Source: a virus (taxonomy: Duplodnaviria; Caudoviricetes). From it: DNA of 30,260 bases. The stretch covers positions 1 to 30,260 of the IMG/VR virus record IMGVR_UViG_3300020264_000034; one strand, given 5' to 3'. Each line of letters starts with the position of its first letter. Position 1 is the stretch's first letter. The notes beneath the pieces were generated by a model. The model did no database searches, was not told the DNA's origin, and worked only from the letters and a program-made list of their open reading frames with translations. Positions 6,734-15,735 of the stretch are shown one piece after another. Made by a program: the position numbers and the translations under genes.

Positions 6734-9420
6734 TAGCTAAACACCTTTAGAGGGTTGTTTGAAGAATTTAGTGAAGAAACCAAATCTGATTTCGTAGATC
6801 CCCCAGTAGAAACTATCTGAGGTTTCTTTGATGCAGCAGCATTTTGAGCAGATGCAACTTGCTGCAGATTTTGCTGTGCAACTGCTTGCGTCTGCTGATT
6901 CTGCAATGCTGCTAGTTTTTGCATTTCAGCGACAACTTGTGCTTGAGCACTTCTTCTATCATTCTTTGCACTTTCTACATTTTGTGTGCCTTGTTTAAGA
7001 TCTGATGTAGAAGAAGATGACAATGGAGAAAAAGCACCTTGCAGATCTTTGATAATACTATTATCAGCAGAAATACCATTACCAGATCCAAAAGCACTAG
7101 ACAATTGATCTGCTAGTTGACCAAATGCCACTGTAGGATCTGAAGAGAATGAGAATGAGGGAGATGAAGAATCAGAAGATTCTCTTTGTGCTGGAGTTAG
7201 ATCTTCTGCAACAGATCCTCCTCTGTCACTTGCAATTTGCACATTATCAAGAGTGAAATCTTCACCACCAGCACTTTTACCCTTTGCTTTAAACGCTGCT
7301 GCAATAGCATCAGTATATTTGGTTCCCTTGGTGCCGAAACCATCAGCACCAACTTCCCCTGTCTTCATCCATTTCTCAGCGCCACCCATGCCTTGATTAT
7401 GAGCATAACCAAGAATCTGAAGTTTTCTCTCTGGCGATGCCGCTTTATACTCAGGGACGCCCATCAAATATGAGTGATTTGCCTTGGTAAATCCAGCAAA
7501 TAAAGTTTCTTGCAGTTTAGGGTCCTTTCTAAACTTCTCCCTAGCAGATGCACTATGACCAGGATCTGAAATCCCAGCATGTCTAGCACCATCCGTTTTC
7601 GCAGCAGCACCTAGTTGATAGCGACCATCATAATGATTATTAGATCCACCTTTGATGTCATATCGTCCACTGGATTCGATATCCGCAACAGTATGTCTAA
7701 AAATATTCCACTGCTCTTTTGTGAATCCCATCGAATTCACAATACCCATATTAGCAGGTTGAGATCCTGAAGGTTGAGTAGATGGTTGACGACTAGCACC
7801 ATCTTTAACCATAGCATCAGCAAATGCTAAGTGTAAGTGATGCGGATGACCACCATATGGAGCACCTTTACTACCTTCTCCAGCAAACCATGATCCCCAT
7901 CCATCATGAATAATTTGAGTTAATTTAAATTGTTTTCTGTTTTCAAATACTTTTTGTGCGAGTTTTTTTGTCCTTCCTAACCAATCACCAGCTCTCCAGT
8001 CAGTAACGTCAATAGCAAGATTCTTATAGTGTGCTGATCCAGAAGAATGACCACCAACTCTAGAATTACCTGCGGGATTAAATCCTTTACCAGTATTTGC
8101 ACCAGACCCAGAATAATTATTTTTAGTGAAATTGGGGTGCTCAGCAACTGTGAATCCCTTCTTAAGAATTGCCTTACCAACACCAATTACTGCCTTCTGT
8201 CCTCCACCTTTATCTTGACGATCAGTGCCTTTATTAGTAGATCTTTCAGTTGATGTTTGTGTAGGACCACCTGCAGCAAATCCCTTGAGCATACCACCCA
8301 AGTCAAATCCCATTCCCTGTGCTTCACCAATCCTCTGCTGTGTTAATCCAGGATTAGTTTTAGTTGCAGGGGTATCGAGAGGAATGACAAAACCACCTGC
8401 AGCACGTTGAGCAACATATTCTGTGCCGTGACCGATGAATGCAGTAGATTTCCCGCCATCTAGTGATACAGGATAACCTGATTGAGGACCACTAATCCAT
8501 CCACCTTTAGCATACTTTCCAAATGGTCCACCTTTTGCAAATTCACCTAGAGCATCTTCAATGCTGGAAGTATCGGCATTTGCTCCGTCTTGACCAGGAT
8601 CGCCGTCGTCACCGTCTTCACCGTCTTCGCCCTTGATTGCATTATAAAGTAATAAACCAGCACCCACAAGCATTCCTGCTTTTCCAAGACGTTTAAGTGT
8701 GCCTCTGAGTGATTTCTTTGCTCCTTTTAATCCACCAGCAAAACCTTTTAAAACATCTCTTAAATCATCTATAAGTTTTAAAGGATTCTTTAAATATCTA
8801 ATTGCTGTAAATAACCCAGCAAAATTTACAACTGCACCGAAGAAATCTCCAATCTTCTCCCACCAAGACTTATCATCTCTAAACAATTCATACAGATTGT
8901 CTATCAGACCTACAACTCTATCAGTTACAAATCCAGAAACTGCCTTAAACAGATCAACCATTACGTTGACAGTTCTTTTTATCGCTTCTCGATTTTCTTC
9001 TTTACTCAACCATTCTAATGCAGGTTTGGCAATTGCCAACATCAAAAAATCTTTTACAAGATTAAAGATTGCCTCCAAGAATCCAGGCATCTTTACCTCG
9101 GCAATCTCATTATCAACTAATCCAGTAGATTCTTCATCTCTTTCCTTTACACCTGTATATCTAGGAATAAATGTAGGCTCAACAGATTTACCAATGTTAT
9201 CAAATAATTTTTGTTGCGTAGTTACAAAATCAGTTAATACATTAGCAATAGAATTTAGTGTTGTCCCCAAATTGTTTAGGGCAAGCACATTTTTGTTTAT
9301 ACTCTTTGTAAGTTGTACAGTATTACCCTTCTTGACCTTTGTTGATGAAGATCTAACGGTCTCTGGTTTTACAAACTTGTAAAAATTAATCTTGGCAGGT
9401 TTCTTAATTACTGTTGCCAT
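6733..9420 (-). CDS. Tape-measure-like tail protein with two putative peptidoglycan hydrolase domains
   Basis: Helical N-terminus; H-x6-D and HxH zinc-peptidase-like motif (AHYKNLAID...HHLH); lysozyme-like IES.G.Y...GRYQLG...YAHNQG. Confidence 0.7.
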   Translation of the reverse strand: MATVIKKPAKINFYKFVKPETVRSSSTKVKKGNTVQLTKSINKNVLALNNLGTTLNSIANVLTDFVTTQQKLFDNIGKSVEPTFIPRYTGVKERDEESTGLVDNEIAEVKMPGFLEAIFNLVKDFLMLAIAKPALEWLSKEENREAIKRTVNVMVDLFKAVSGFVTDRVVGLIDNLYELFRDDKSWWEKIGDFFGAVVNFAGLFTAIRYLKNPLKLIDDLRDVLKGFAGGLKGAKKSLRGTLKRLGKAGMLVGAGLLLYNAIKGEDGEDGDDGDPGQDGANADTSSIEDALGEFAKGGPFGKYAKGGWISGPQSGYPVSLDGGKSTAFIGHGTEYVAQRAAGGFVIPLDTPATKTNPGLTQQRIGEAQGMGFDLGGMLKGFAAGGPTQTSTERSTNKGTDRQDKGGGQKAVIGVGKAILKKGFTVAEHPNFTKNNYSGSGANTGKGFNPAGNSRVGGHSSGSAHYKNLAIDVTDWRAGDWLGRTKKLAQKVFENRKQFKLTQIIHDGWGSWFAGEGSKGAPYGGHPHHLHLAFADAMVKDGASRQPSTQPSGSQPANMGIVNSMGFTKEQWNIFRHTVADIESSGRYDIKGGSNNHYDGRYQLGAAAKTDGARHAGISDPGHSASAREKFRKDPKLQETLFAGFTKANHSYLMGVPEYKAASPERKLQILGYAHNQGMGGAEKWMKTGEVGADGFGTKGTKYTDAIAAAFKAKGKSAGGEDFTLDNVQIASDRGGSVAEDLTPAQRESSDSSSPSFSFSSDPTVAFGQLADQLSSAFGSGNGISADNSIIKDLQGAFSPLSSSSTSDLKQGTQNVESAKNDRRSAQAQVVAEMQKLAALQNQQTQAVAQQNLQQVASAQNAAASKKPQIVSTGGSTKSDLVSSLNSSNNPLKVFS

Positions 9421-11573
9421 TACTTATCAAGCAAGGGTGAGGGTCTGCTAACTACAACTTCCTGAGAAGTATTTATTGGATATGCGACAGGGACTGCCTG
9501 AGGCATCATAATTGGCATTGGAATGGGGACAGATGTCTCCTCACCTTTTATAATTGCATACTGAGTAGAGAATTTGTAGTTGCCAATTGTAGATTTAGGT
9601 GCGCTGACCACCTTCGGTGCTACTTGTTTTGTAACTGGAGAATGACCAGCAGTAGCAGGAGATACACCACCGACATTAGTTTGATTGATTCTAGAAGGTG
9701 AAACACCACCAACATTTGCCTGATCTCTATTTACAGAGAAGACATTACCCACTGTAGTGGGATTGAGTATCGAAGGGGATGGATTACCATAACTTGTTTT
9801 GGGTGTGCCCTTGAGTAATCCACCTGCTGCTTTTACTTCTAAAGGTTCTAATTTAGGGAGACGTTTATCCATCTCAGCTTGCTGATCCTCAGAGTATTGA
9901 ATTGGTTGAGAAGGATCTCTTAGAATTGGTCTAGAAGGTTGATCTGGAAATAGTTTTTTAGCGACAGGATCTTCAATCTCAGTTAGACCAGGGAAACCTT
10001 TTGCTACTGCTTCCAAAAGTTTTGCAGCAATAAATTCACCAGCAACACCACCAACAGCACCAGTAATAAATCCAGGGACCCCACCAAAAGGAGCACCAAT
10101 AGCAAAACCAGCAGCATATCCAAGCAAACTACCTAAAGAAGTAACTATTGCATTAATTGGAGATTCGCCAAATACACCATAATCAAGTAAAGCAAATAAT
10201 GCAGCAATTACAGCATCAAGTCCTCCAATTTTAACATTCTTTCTTGCGTTTCTTAAAAACTTAAATCCTTTTCTAGTAGCAGGATTTTGGACTACTCCGT
10301 TAAACAGTTTAACTAGTGTCTTACCAAATGCTTTGCGCGTTGAGTTTGCACCCTCAAGCAGAGCTTTGGGATTTTTTACCAGATCAAATACTTTTTTGAT
10401 AGTATCATCTTTTTCAATGATTGGTTTTAAACCATCCTTTAATTTCTTTCCTACAACATCTTTTAATTTAGCAGGATCTTTTGCTAACTCAGCAAGATTA
10501 CCAATTTGTTTTCCAACACCAGCACCCCAATCATAAACACCTTTTCCGATTCCTTTAGCACCTTCAATAAATGCCTTGCTATTCTTCGACCACCAATTAC
10601 CAATAGCAGCGAAGCTTTCCTTGCCTCTCTGCATAATGCCTTTAGTTGCTTCGGTAGTGCTATTCCAGAATCTTTGGAATATATTGGGTTTTGCTCCAGG
10701 CACATCAACAGCAGAAGCAGTCTTTCTTGCTTGCTCTAATTGAAATGGTGATAGTCTTCTACTCGCACTTGAGTCTGCACCAGGAGGTCTTCTAACACCT
10801 CTTCCTCTTTGACGATTTCTTCTCTGACGATTATTTCTTCGATTATTTCCTCTATTGCCACCACCTTTCTCACCACCCATTCCTGTAATAGCATCAACAA
10901 TACCAAGAATATCGGTAATGATAGAAAATGGATTCATCAGGTATTTCAACCCGATAACACCTAATAAAATACTTCCAAGACCTTTGAGTCTCTCCCACCA
11001 ACTATTCTCTGGATCTGTTAATTCTTTAAATCCCCCAAGGATGTTATTGACTCTATCTTCTACAAACCCCTTTAGGACGCCAAATACATATCCTGCCTTC
11101 TCCAAAAAAGTTTTTAACTTTTCGCGATTTTCTTCATCGGCAAACCATTCGATGACTCCCTTAGCAATAAAAATCGCTGCAATATCTTTGAATATATTTG
11201 CAATGGGAGCAAATGTCCTTCCAAACCAATCCGCAAAGGCGTTTCCTGATGATTCATCTACATCAAGATCTTCCTCTTCTGCTTGCTTATCTCTTTGACT
11301 TGGAGTCTTACTTTTTGCACGCTCTTGGACTGCTTCTGCCTGTAAATCTCTCTGGCGTCTTAACTTCTTTCTTTTCTTTTTATCAGTCTCTTTCTTAAAT
11401 ACTAATAATGATTTATTTGCTTCAGTCAAAGAAACAAAAATATTACCAATCCCTTCTACAGTAGATCCAACTCGATTAGTAGCAAGCAGTTGTTTTCTTG
11501 CAGCTTTTACCTCAGGAGCTGCTGCTGATGCAACTCCAGGGTTTACAAATTTATATGCTGCGATCTTAGCCAA
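9420..11573 (-). CDS. Tape-measure-like tail protein, paralogue of the downstream gene
   Basis: Long helical protein, glycine-zipper hydrophobic segment, N-terminal similarity to the 895-aa protein; TTG start with AAGGAG RBS. Confidence 0.65.
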   Translation of the reverse strand: MAKIAAYKFVNPGVASAAAPEVKAARKQLLATNRVGSTVEGIGNIFVSLTEANKSLLVFKKETDKKKRKKLRRQRDLQAEAVQERAKSKTPSQRDKQAEEEDLDVDESSGNAFADWFGRTFAPIANIFKDIAAIFIAKGVIEWFADEENREKLKTFLEKAGYVFGVLKGFVEDRVNNILGGFKELTDPENSWWERLKGLGSILLGVIGLKYLMNPFSIITDILGIVDAITGMGGEKGGGNRGNNRRNNRQRRNRQRGRGVRRPPGADSSASRRLSPFQLEQARKTASAVDVPGAKPNIFQRFWNSTTEATKGIMQRGKESFAAIGNWWSKNSKAFIEGAKGIGKGVYDWGAGVGKQIGNLAELAKDPAKLKDVVGKKLKDGLKPIIEKDDTIKKVFDLVKNPKALLEGANSTRKAFGKTLVKLFNGVVQNPATRKGFKFLRNARKNVKIGGLDAVIAALFALLDYGVFGESPINAIVTSLGSLLGYAAGFAIGAPFGGVPGFITGAVGGVAGEFIAAKLLEAVAKGFPGLTEIEDPVAKKLFPDQPSRPILRDPSQPIQYSEDQQAEMDKRLPKLEPLEVKAAGGLLKGTPKTSYGNPSPSILNPTTVGNVFSVNRDQANVGGVSPSRINQTNVGGVSPATAGHSPVTKQVAPKVVSAPKSTIGNYKFSTQYAIIKGEETSVPIPMPIMMPQAVPVAYPINTSQEVVVSRPSPLLDK

Positions 11574-11754
11574 CTTGCTGCTCCTTGTAACGTCTTTCTT
11601 CTTCTTTTAAGAATGCGATTAACATATTAACGTAGATTTCTTTTTCCCAAGGCATCAAGTTTTCAATGTATTCAATATTCCACTTGTGATGATGCATCAA
11701 AGCAAAATTAGATTCATAATAATTCCTAAGATTATTATGTAGAAGGGCTATGCG
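11566..11754 (-). CDS. gp51: gp51-like baseplate hub assembly chaperone frame (not in the ORF track; probably reached by -1 frameshift from gp26)
   Basis: Manual translation RIALLHNNLRNYYESNFALMHHHKWNIEYIENLMPWEKEIYVNMLIAFLKEEERRYKEQQVG*; first ATG only at 11697. Confidence 0.8.
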   Translation of the reverse strand, partial: RIALLHNNLRNYYESNFALMHHHKWNIEYIENLMPWEKEIYVNMLIAFLKEEERRYKEQQVG

Positions 11755-12458
11755 AAAAAAGATGCCAATCCTTCTAATACAACCTCACTTTCAACACCAG
11801 TATTTGGATTTCTCACTTTTACTGTATGCGATAGTTTAGGCATAGTTTCAAAGAACTCTTGAATCAACATAAATTGCTTTGAATTCATCGATTCAAAAAA
11901 TTCAACCAACTCCTCTTTAGGTGTGTCTTTACATAGATAAACTTGATTTTCATCGGCAATGGTCTCAGCACAAGATGCTGCCATTTCAAAAATTTGCTCC
12001 ATTTCACCGCCTTCACCAGTAAGATTTGTTTTCACAAACGTATCTAAACTAGGATAACCCATGGTAAGAGCGACTTCATCATTCAATTTGAATTCCTTTT
12101 TATGTTTGGGATCCTTTTTGATTTTGATGTCATCTAGAGGAATACTGACCTTAACTGTAGTCTCGTCATCATCAGGACAAGTGACCATCACATCAACATT
12201 TTCACCAACTGAGCTAGTGCGAATCTTTAGAAAAAGATACTCAATGTCAAATGTAGAAAGTCTTTCAACACTCTTTAGATCAGTACATGCAATTAAAATA
12301 TTTTTAACTGCATTAAACATATCCTCTTGCTCACCAGTTTCCATCGCCAAAAATAGAAGTTTTTCTTCTTTAACAAGAAATGGTCTATATTTCACAGTTT
12401 TGCCTGTGGAGGGCAACTTCAAGTGATATTCAGGTACATTTAACTTAGGTAATGCCAT
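11748..12458 (-). CDS. gp26: Baseplate hub assembly protein (gp26-like)
   Basis: MALPKL..P.Y.L.LPSTGK.VKYRPFLVKEEK, FDIEYLFLKIR..SVGE and FFETMPKL..LEGLASFF motifs. Confidence 0.9.
   Translation of the reverse strand: MALPKLNVPEYHLKLPSTGKTVKYRPFLVKEEKLLFLAMETGEQEDMFNAVKNILIACTDLKSVERLSTFDIEYLFLKIRTSSVGENVDVMVTCPDDDETTVKVSIPLDDIKIKKDPKHKKEFKLNDEVALTMGYPSLDTFVKTNLTGEGGEMEQIFEMAASCAETIADENQVYLCKDTPKEELVEFFESMNSKQFMLIQEFFETMPKLSHTVKVRNPNTGVESEVVLEGLASFFA
11754..11760 (-). other. Putative -1 ribosomal frameshift heptamer T-TTT-TTC
   Basis: X-XXY-YYZ pattern in correct phase, one sense codon before the gp26 stop; the -1 frame is open for 62 further codons. Confidence 0.7.
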
Positions 12459-12479
12459 AGGAATTCAATTCAGTATTTT

Positions 12480-12486
12480 TATTTAT
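12480..12486 (-). promoter_or_regulatory. Late promoter (ATAAATA) for the gp26 operon
   Basis: Intergenic, about 22 nt upstream of the gp26 ATG. Confidence 0.7.
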
Positions 12487-12488
12487 GA

Positions 12489-13271
12489 TCAAGAGTTAAA
12501 CCTATCTAAACTGAGATCTGCTGTTAATCCAACCTCTCCTGTAGCTAAGTAAGAACTACCAAGATTGTCAAATTTGTCTTGTCCAAAGAATCTATATCTC
12601 TCGTAGTAGAAACCAACATCCATCTTCAGAATTGATGCTGTATCATTACTAAGTGTCATAGATCCGATATTGAATGGAAATGCATTTCTAATATCGTAAA
12701 CACCAACTAGTTGATCATCTCTGTATCTTTCAACATCAGAGATTTTTACGCCGAGTTTTTTCAAGAAGTTTTTAATCTCAGGGGGGAGAGTAATTTTTGC
12801 ACCTCCACCTCTCTCCCACTTAAAGATGAATAAGTTGGGACAAACATAATTTTCATAGTAGTCAGTCATCTGATTTGCATCAGAAGACATTAAATTAATC
12901 CACCTTTCAAAAATCATCCTAGTTTTATGACTTCTAGGCATTGTGAAAGTAATGTTTATCTGACTAAATGTCGATGAAGTTGCGTAGTTAAATGATGACC
13001 CAATATTAGTAATCTGCCCAGTGGTTACTTGCTTACTTGGAAGATTGATGTTGTCAGCATAGAAATTTAAGTAGTTTGCGTTATCCCCAACCTCTAACTC
13101 AAACTTACTTTTCTGAAATGATGTCCCACTCCTAAAAATAGCAGGAGTGGAAAACATTGTAGAATATCTGTTATTGAAGCTGGGGTTATTATCATTACCC
13201 TTAAACCACTCAGAAAATTCAGTTAATCTTGCCCTTGGGGACTGTTTTGATCTTCTTTCTAAGTCTGCCAT
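12489..13271 (-). CDS. Tail tube/baseplate-tube initiator-like protein (gp19/gp54 fold)
   Basis: NRY..F..P, INLPSKQ, INITF..R.IFERW..YYENY, NAFP.NIGS..LS..V.FYYE motifs. Confidence 0.75.
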   Translation of the reverse strand: MADLERRSKQSPRARLTEFSEWFKGNDNNPSFNNRYSTMFSTPAIFRSGTSFQKSKFELEVGDNANYLNFYADNINLPSKQVTTGQITNIGSSFNYATSSTFSQINITFTMPRSHKTRMIFERWINLMSSDANQMTDYYENYVCPNLFIFKWERGGGAKITLPPEIKNFLKKLGVKISDVERYRDDQLVGVYDIRNAFPFNIGSMTLSNDTASILKMDVGFYYERYRFFGQDKFDNLGSSYLATGEVGLTADLSLDRFNS

Positions 13272-13272
13272 T

Positions 13273-13692
13273 TTAGACCTTTAATTCTTTTTCGGTGATC
13301 AACATAAACTGCCAATTATTGTCTTTACAAAACTCTTCTGCTGCCTTCCACTTAGCTTGATTCACTGCATAAGTAACAACTTCATTGATGTATTTCTTAG
13401 TCATCCTTTTTTGAGTTTTAGGTTCTTTAGTCTGTCTAAGAGGTTTCACTTCTACCAGATATTTTTTATTCCCAATTTTTACATAAAAGTCAGGAAAATA
13501 TCGGTGTCTTCTACCATCAACGGGTGAGATGTAAGGAATGATAATCTCTTCACTGCCCCATTCTGTGACACTTGGTGTAATATCACACCATTTCATAAAT
13601 TTATACTCCCATGAGGAGCGATAAATGATATTTTTGGGGTCACCTTGATACTTACGAGGAAAGGAAGGTGTATAACGTCCTTGATACCTCAT
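13273..13692 (-). CDS. gp4: Head completion nuclease (TnsA-like, T4 gp4)
   Basis: YRSSWE, W.SEEIIIPY.SP.D...HRYFPDF, EVKP, NQAKWKAA, LITEKEL motifs. Confidence 0.93.
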   Translation of the reverse strand: MRYQGRYTPSFPRKYQGDPKNIIYRSSWEYKFMKWCDITPSVTEWGSEEIIIPYISPVDGRRHRYFPDFYVKIGNKKYLVEVKPLRQTKEPKTQKRMTKKYINEVVTYAVNQAKWKAAEEFCKDNNWQFMLITEKELKV

Positions 13693-13697
13693 AAATA
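13691..13697 (+). promoter_or_regulatory. Late promoter (ATAAATA) for gp48-gp53
   Basis: Late box about 28 nt before the gp48 start. Confidence 0.65.
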
Positions 13698-13717
13698 AAA
13701 TAGTAAATGCGTAAATC

Positions 13718-13724
13718 TATTTAG
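13718..13724 (-). promoter_or_regulatory. Late promoter (CTAAATA) for gp4
   Basis: TAAATA box about 26 nt before the gp4 ATG. Confidence 0.6.
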
Positions 13725-14777
13725 GTGGCTTCTACAATTCTTAAATATCCACTGAAGAATCCCGTTGAAGGTGATTACTTAGAGAGTGAATTTGCACCAA
13801 CAGGTAGAGTTGATTATTTGAGGATTCAGAGGTTTCGTATCAACTATACTGAATCCCCTAGTGGATACGGTGGGTCTAATCTTCCAGGAAATAACCTCTC
13901 CACAACTTTAGATCAGAGTATTGCATATTTGTCAATGCCACAAAATCTGTCTACTAATTATGGTGCAGATTATGATCAAGTGCAAATGGGTGGACTTGGC
14001 GTAATGGCAGCGCAGATGGGTGGAGCGATCATGAATGGTGGAAACACCGCAGATCAGATTACATCAGCACTGCAATCAGCAGCATCTTCGGCATTTCCAG
14101 AGATGGCATTTAACAAAGGTGCAAGCATTACACAAAGTCTTGGATCTACCCTTGGACTGCAAACTGGAGTGACTGGTGGTGCTCTTCAAGCATTGACAAA
14201 GGGAAGAATTATGAATCCCTTTACCGAGCAAGTATATAATGGTATTCCTTTCAGGAATCATAATTTTACATTTAAAATGTTTGCTCGCAATAAAAGTGAA
14301 GCAGAATCTATTCTTTCTATTATCAATTACATGAAAATGGGCACAATGCCCCAATTAGGAGATGCAGACTCTAATGGTAATAGTCTCTCTCAGGGAACTA
14401 GTGGCAGTGGATCATCCAGAGAGACGAATGCAAACACAAACGGTTTTAGTGCCACTTCTACTCAATCTACAATTAATGCAACAGGAAGATTCCTAAGAGT
14501 GCCCGATAGATTCGCATTAGAATTTGTAAGATTGGATCCCAAATCTGATACGATTACTAGACTCCCCCACTACAGATTCCATCCTTGTGTATGCACAAAT
14601 GTTAGTGTCAATTACACTCCTGATGGTCAATATGTATCATTCAAAGATGCTATTGCAGATTTGACTATGGATGAGACTACAGGTGGCACTCAACTATTAG
14701 TTCCTGCAGTTGAAATGACTCTCCAATTTGCAGAAACAAGAATTATGACTCAAGACGACGTAGTTGCAGGATTCTAA
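13725..14777 (+). CDS. gp48: Baseplate tail tube cap (gp48-like)
   Basis: LKYP, YLSMP, NPFTEQVYNG..FR.H.FTFKM..RN..EA, CVCTNVSVNYTPDG, LQFAE motifs; GTG start. Confidence 0.88.
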   Translation: MASTILKYPLKNPVEGDYLESEFAPTGRVDYLRIQRFRINYTESPSGYGGSNLPGNNLSTTLDQSIAYLSMPQNLSTNYGADYDQVQMGGLGVMAAQMGGAIMNGGNTADQITSALQSAASSAFPEMAFNKGASITQSLGSTLGLQTGVTGGALQALTKGRIMNPFTEQVYNGIPFRNHNFTFKMFARNKSEAESILSIINYMKMGTMPQLGDADSNGNSLSQGTSGSGSSRETNANTNGFSATSTQSTINATGRFLRVPDRFALEFVRLDPKSDTITRLPHYRFHPCVCTNVSVNYTPDGQYVSFKDAIADLTMDETTGGTQLLVPAVEMTLQFAETRIMTQDDVVAGF

Positions 14778-14778
14778 A

Positions 14779-15735
14779 ATGGCAAGATTCTTTTCCCAGT
14801 TACCTATACACTTTGTTGCTGATGCAAAACCAGATGAGCAAATAACTTACACAGAAGTAAGGAATATCTTCAGAAGAGTGGTTTTAGAAGAAGAAATGCA
14901 GAAATATGCAACTGCATTTGAAGAATTTTACATTCCTGAAGGTGTAAGACCCGACAACGTTGCACAACAATTTTATGGAGATCCTGAGTTAGATTGGATT
15001 ATTCTAATTTCAAATAATATTACTGATATCTACTCACAATGGCCAAAGAGTGAAGCAAACTTAATTGAATATGTTAATAGCACTTATGATAATCCAGATA
15101 GCGTCCATCATTATGAAACCTACGAATTGAAAGATGGTGATATAGTTGTTGTGCCTGGTGGATCTGAAGTCAATGAAGATTATAGACACACAGATTTAGA
15201 TGGAGATCTTGTTGCCAAAGAAGAATCTAGATATCCAGTCTCAAACTATGAGCATGAAGCATATATAAATGATAAAAAACGTCTAATATCTATTCCAACT
15301 AGCAATCTAGTTGACTTCTATGAAGAGCAATTCAGAGATTTGGTAAATTATCTACCAAATAGTCAGTTAGATGATAAAAATCGTAAAAAGACTCCAGTGT
15401 CTCTCGCATCTGCATTTATCGATAGAAACTCCTTTAGAAGAAGTGCAGTGCCAGTTGGAAATCTTGCAGGTAGTGGCGGTGGATCTTCGCTGAGCAGTGT
15501 CGCTGCTACTGGGACGACAACCACTGTTACAACTGTAACCACCACTCAGCCAGACGGTGCCACTACAGTAGAAACTACAACAACTACAGAACCTTCTTCT
15601 AGCAGTGGATCTAGTAGTAGTGGATCTACCAGCAGTGGATCTTCTGGATCTACCAGCAGCGGATCTAGTGGTAGTAGTGGATCTAGTGGTAGTAGTGGAT
15701 CATCTGGATCCAGCGGATCGGGTTATGGATACTGA
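14779..15735 (+). CDS. gp53: Baseplate wedge subunit (gp53-like) with Thr/Ser/Gly-rich C-terminal extension
   Basis: FF..LP, NIFRR, RPD.VA..FYGDPELDWIIL..NNI.D...WP, HHYET, PVSNYE.E..ND.KR motifs; ATG at 14779. Confidence 0.9.
   Translation: MARFFSQLPIHFVADAKPDEQITYTEVRNIFRRVVLEEEMQKYATAFEEFYIPEGVRPDNVAQQFYGDPELDWIILISNNITDIYSQWPKSEANLIEYVNSTYDNPDSVHHYETYELKDGDIVVVPGGSEVNEDYRHTDLDGDLVAKEESRYPVSNYEHEAYINDKKRLISIPTSNLVDFYEEQFRDLVNYLPNSQLDDKNRKKTPVSLASAFIDRNSFRRSAVPVGNLAGSGGGSSLSSVAATGTTTTVTTVTTTQPDGATTVETTTTTEPSSSSGSSSSGSTSSGSSGSTSSGSSGSSGSSGSSGSSGSSGSGYGY
15598..15720 (+). repeat. Degenerate tandem repeats encoding (S/G)n
   Basis: Recurrent AGTGGATCT units, e.g. GGATCTAGTGGTAGTAGT twice in tandem. 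Confidence 0.8.

Noticed and set aside
1526-11398. Many plus-strand ORFs of 60-227 aa opposite the structural genes
   Set aside because: Antisense shadows of strongly supported minus-strand genes
13273-13692. TnsA-like nuclease as a transposon gene
   Set aside because: Matches the T4 gp4 head-completion family in its usual context; no terminal repeats or other tns genes
15598-15720. Tandem repeats as a CRISPR array
   Set aside because: In-frame coding microrepeats with no unique spacers
15605-15724. N-terminal MDLVVVDL repeats of ORF 15605..15907
   Set aside because: Alternate-frame reading of the gp53 Ser/Gly repeat; the real start is probably 15725
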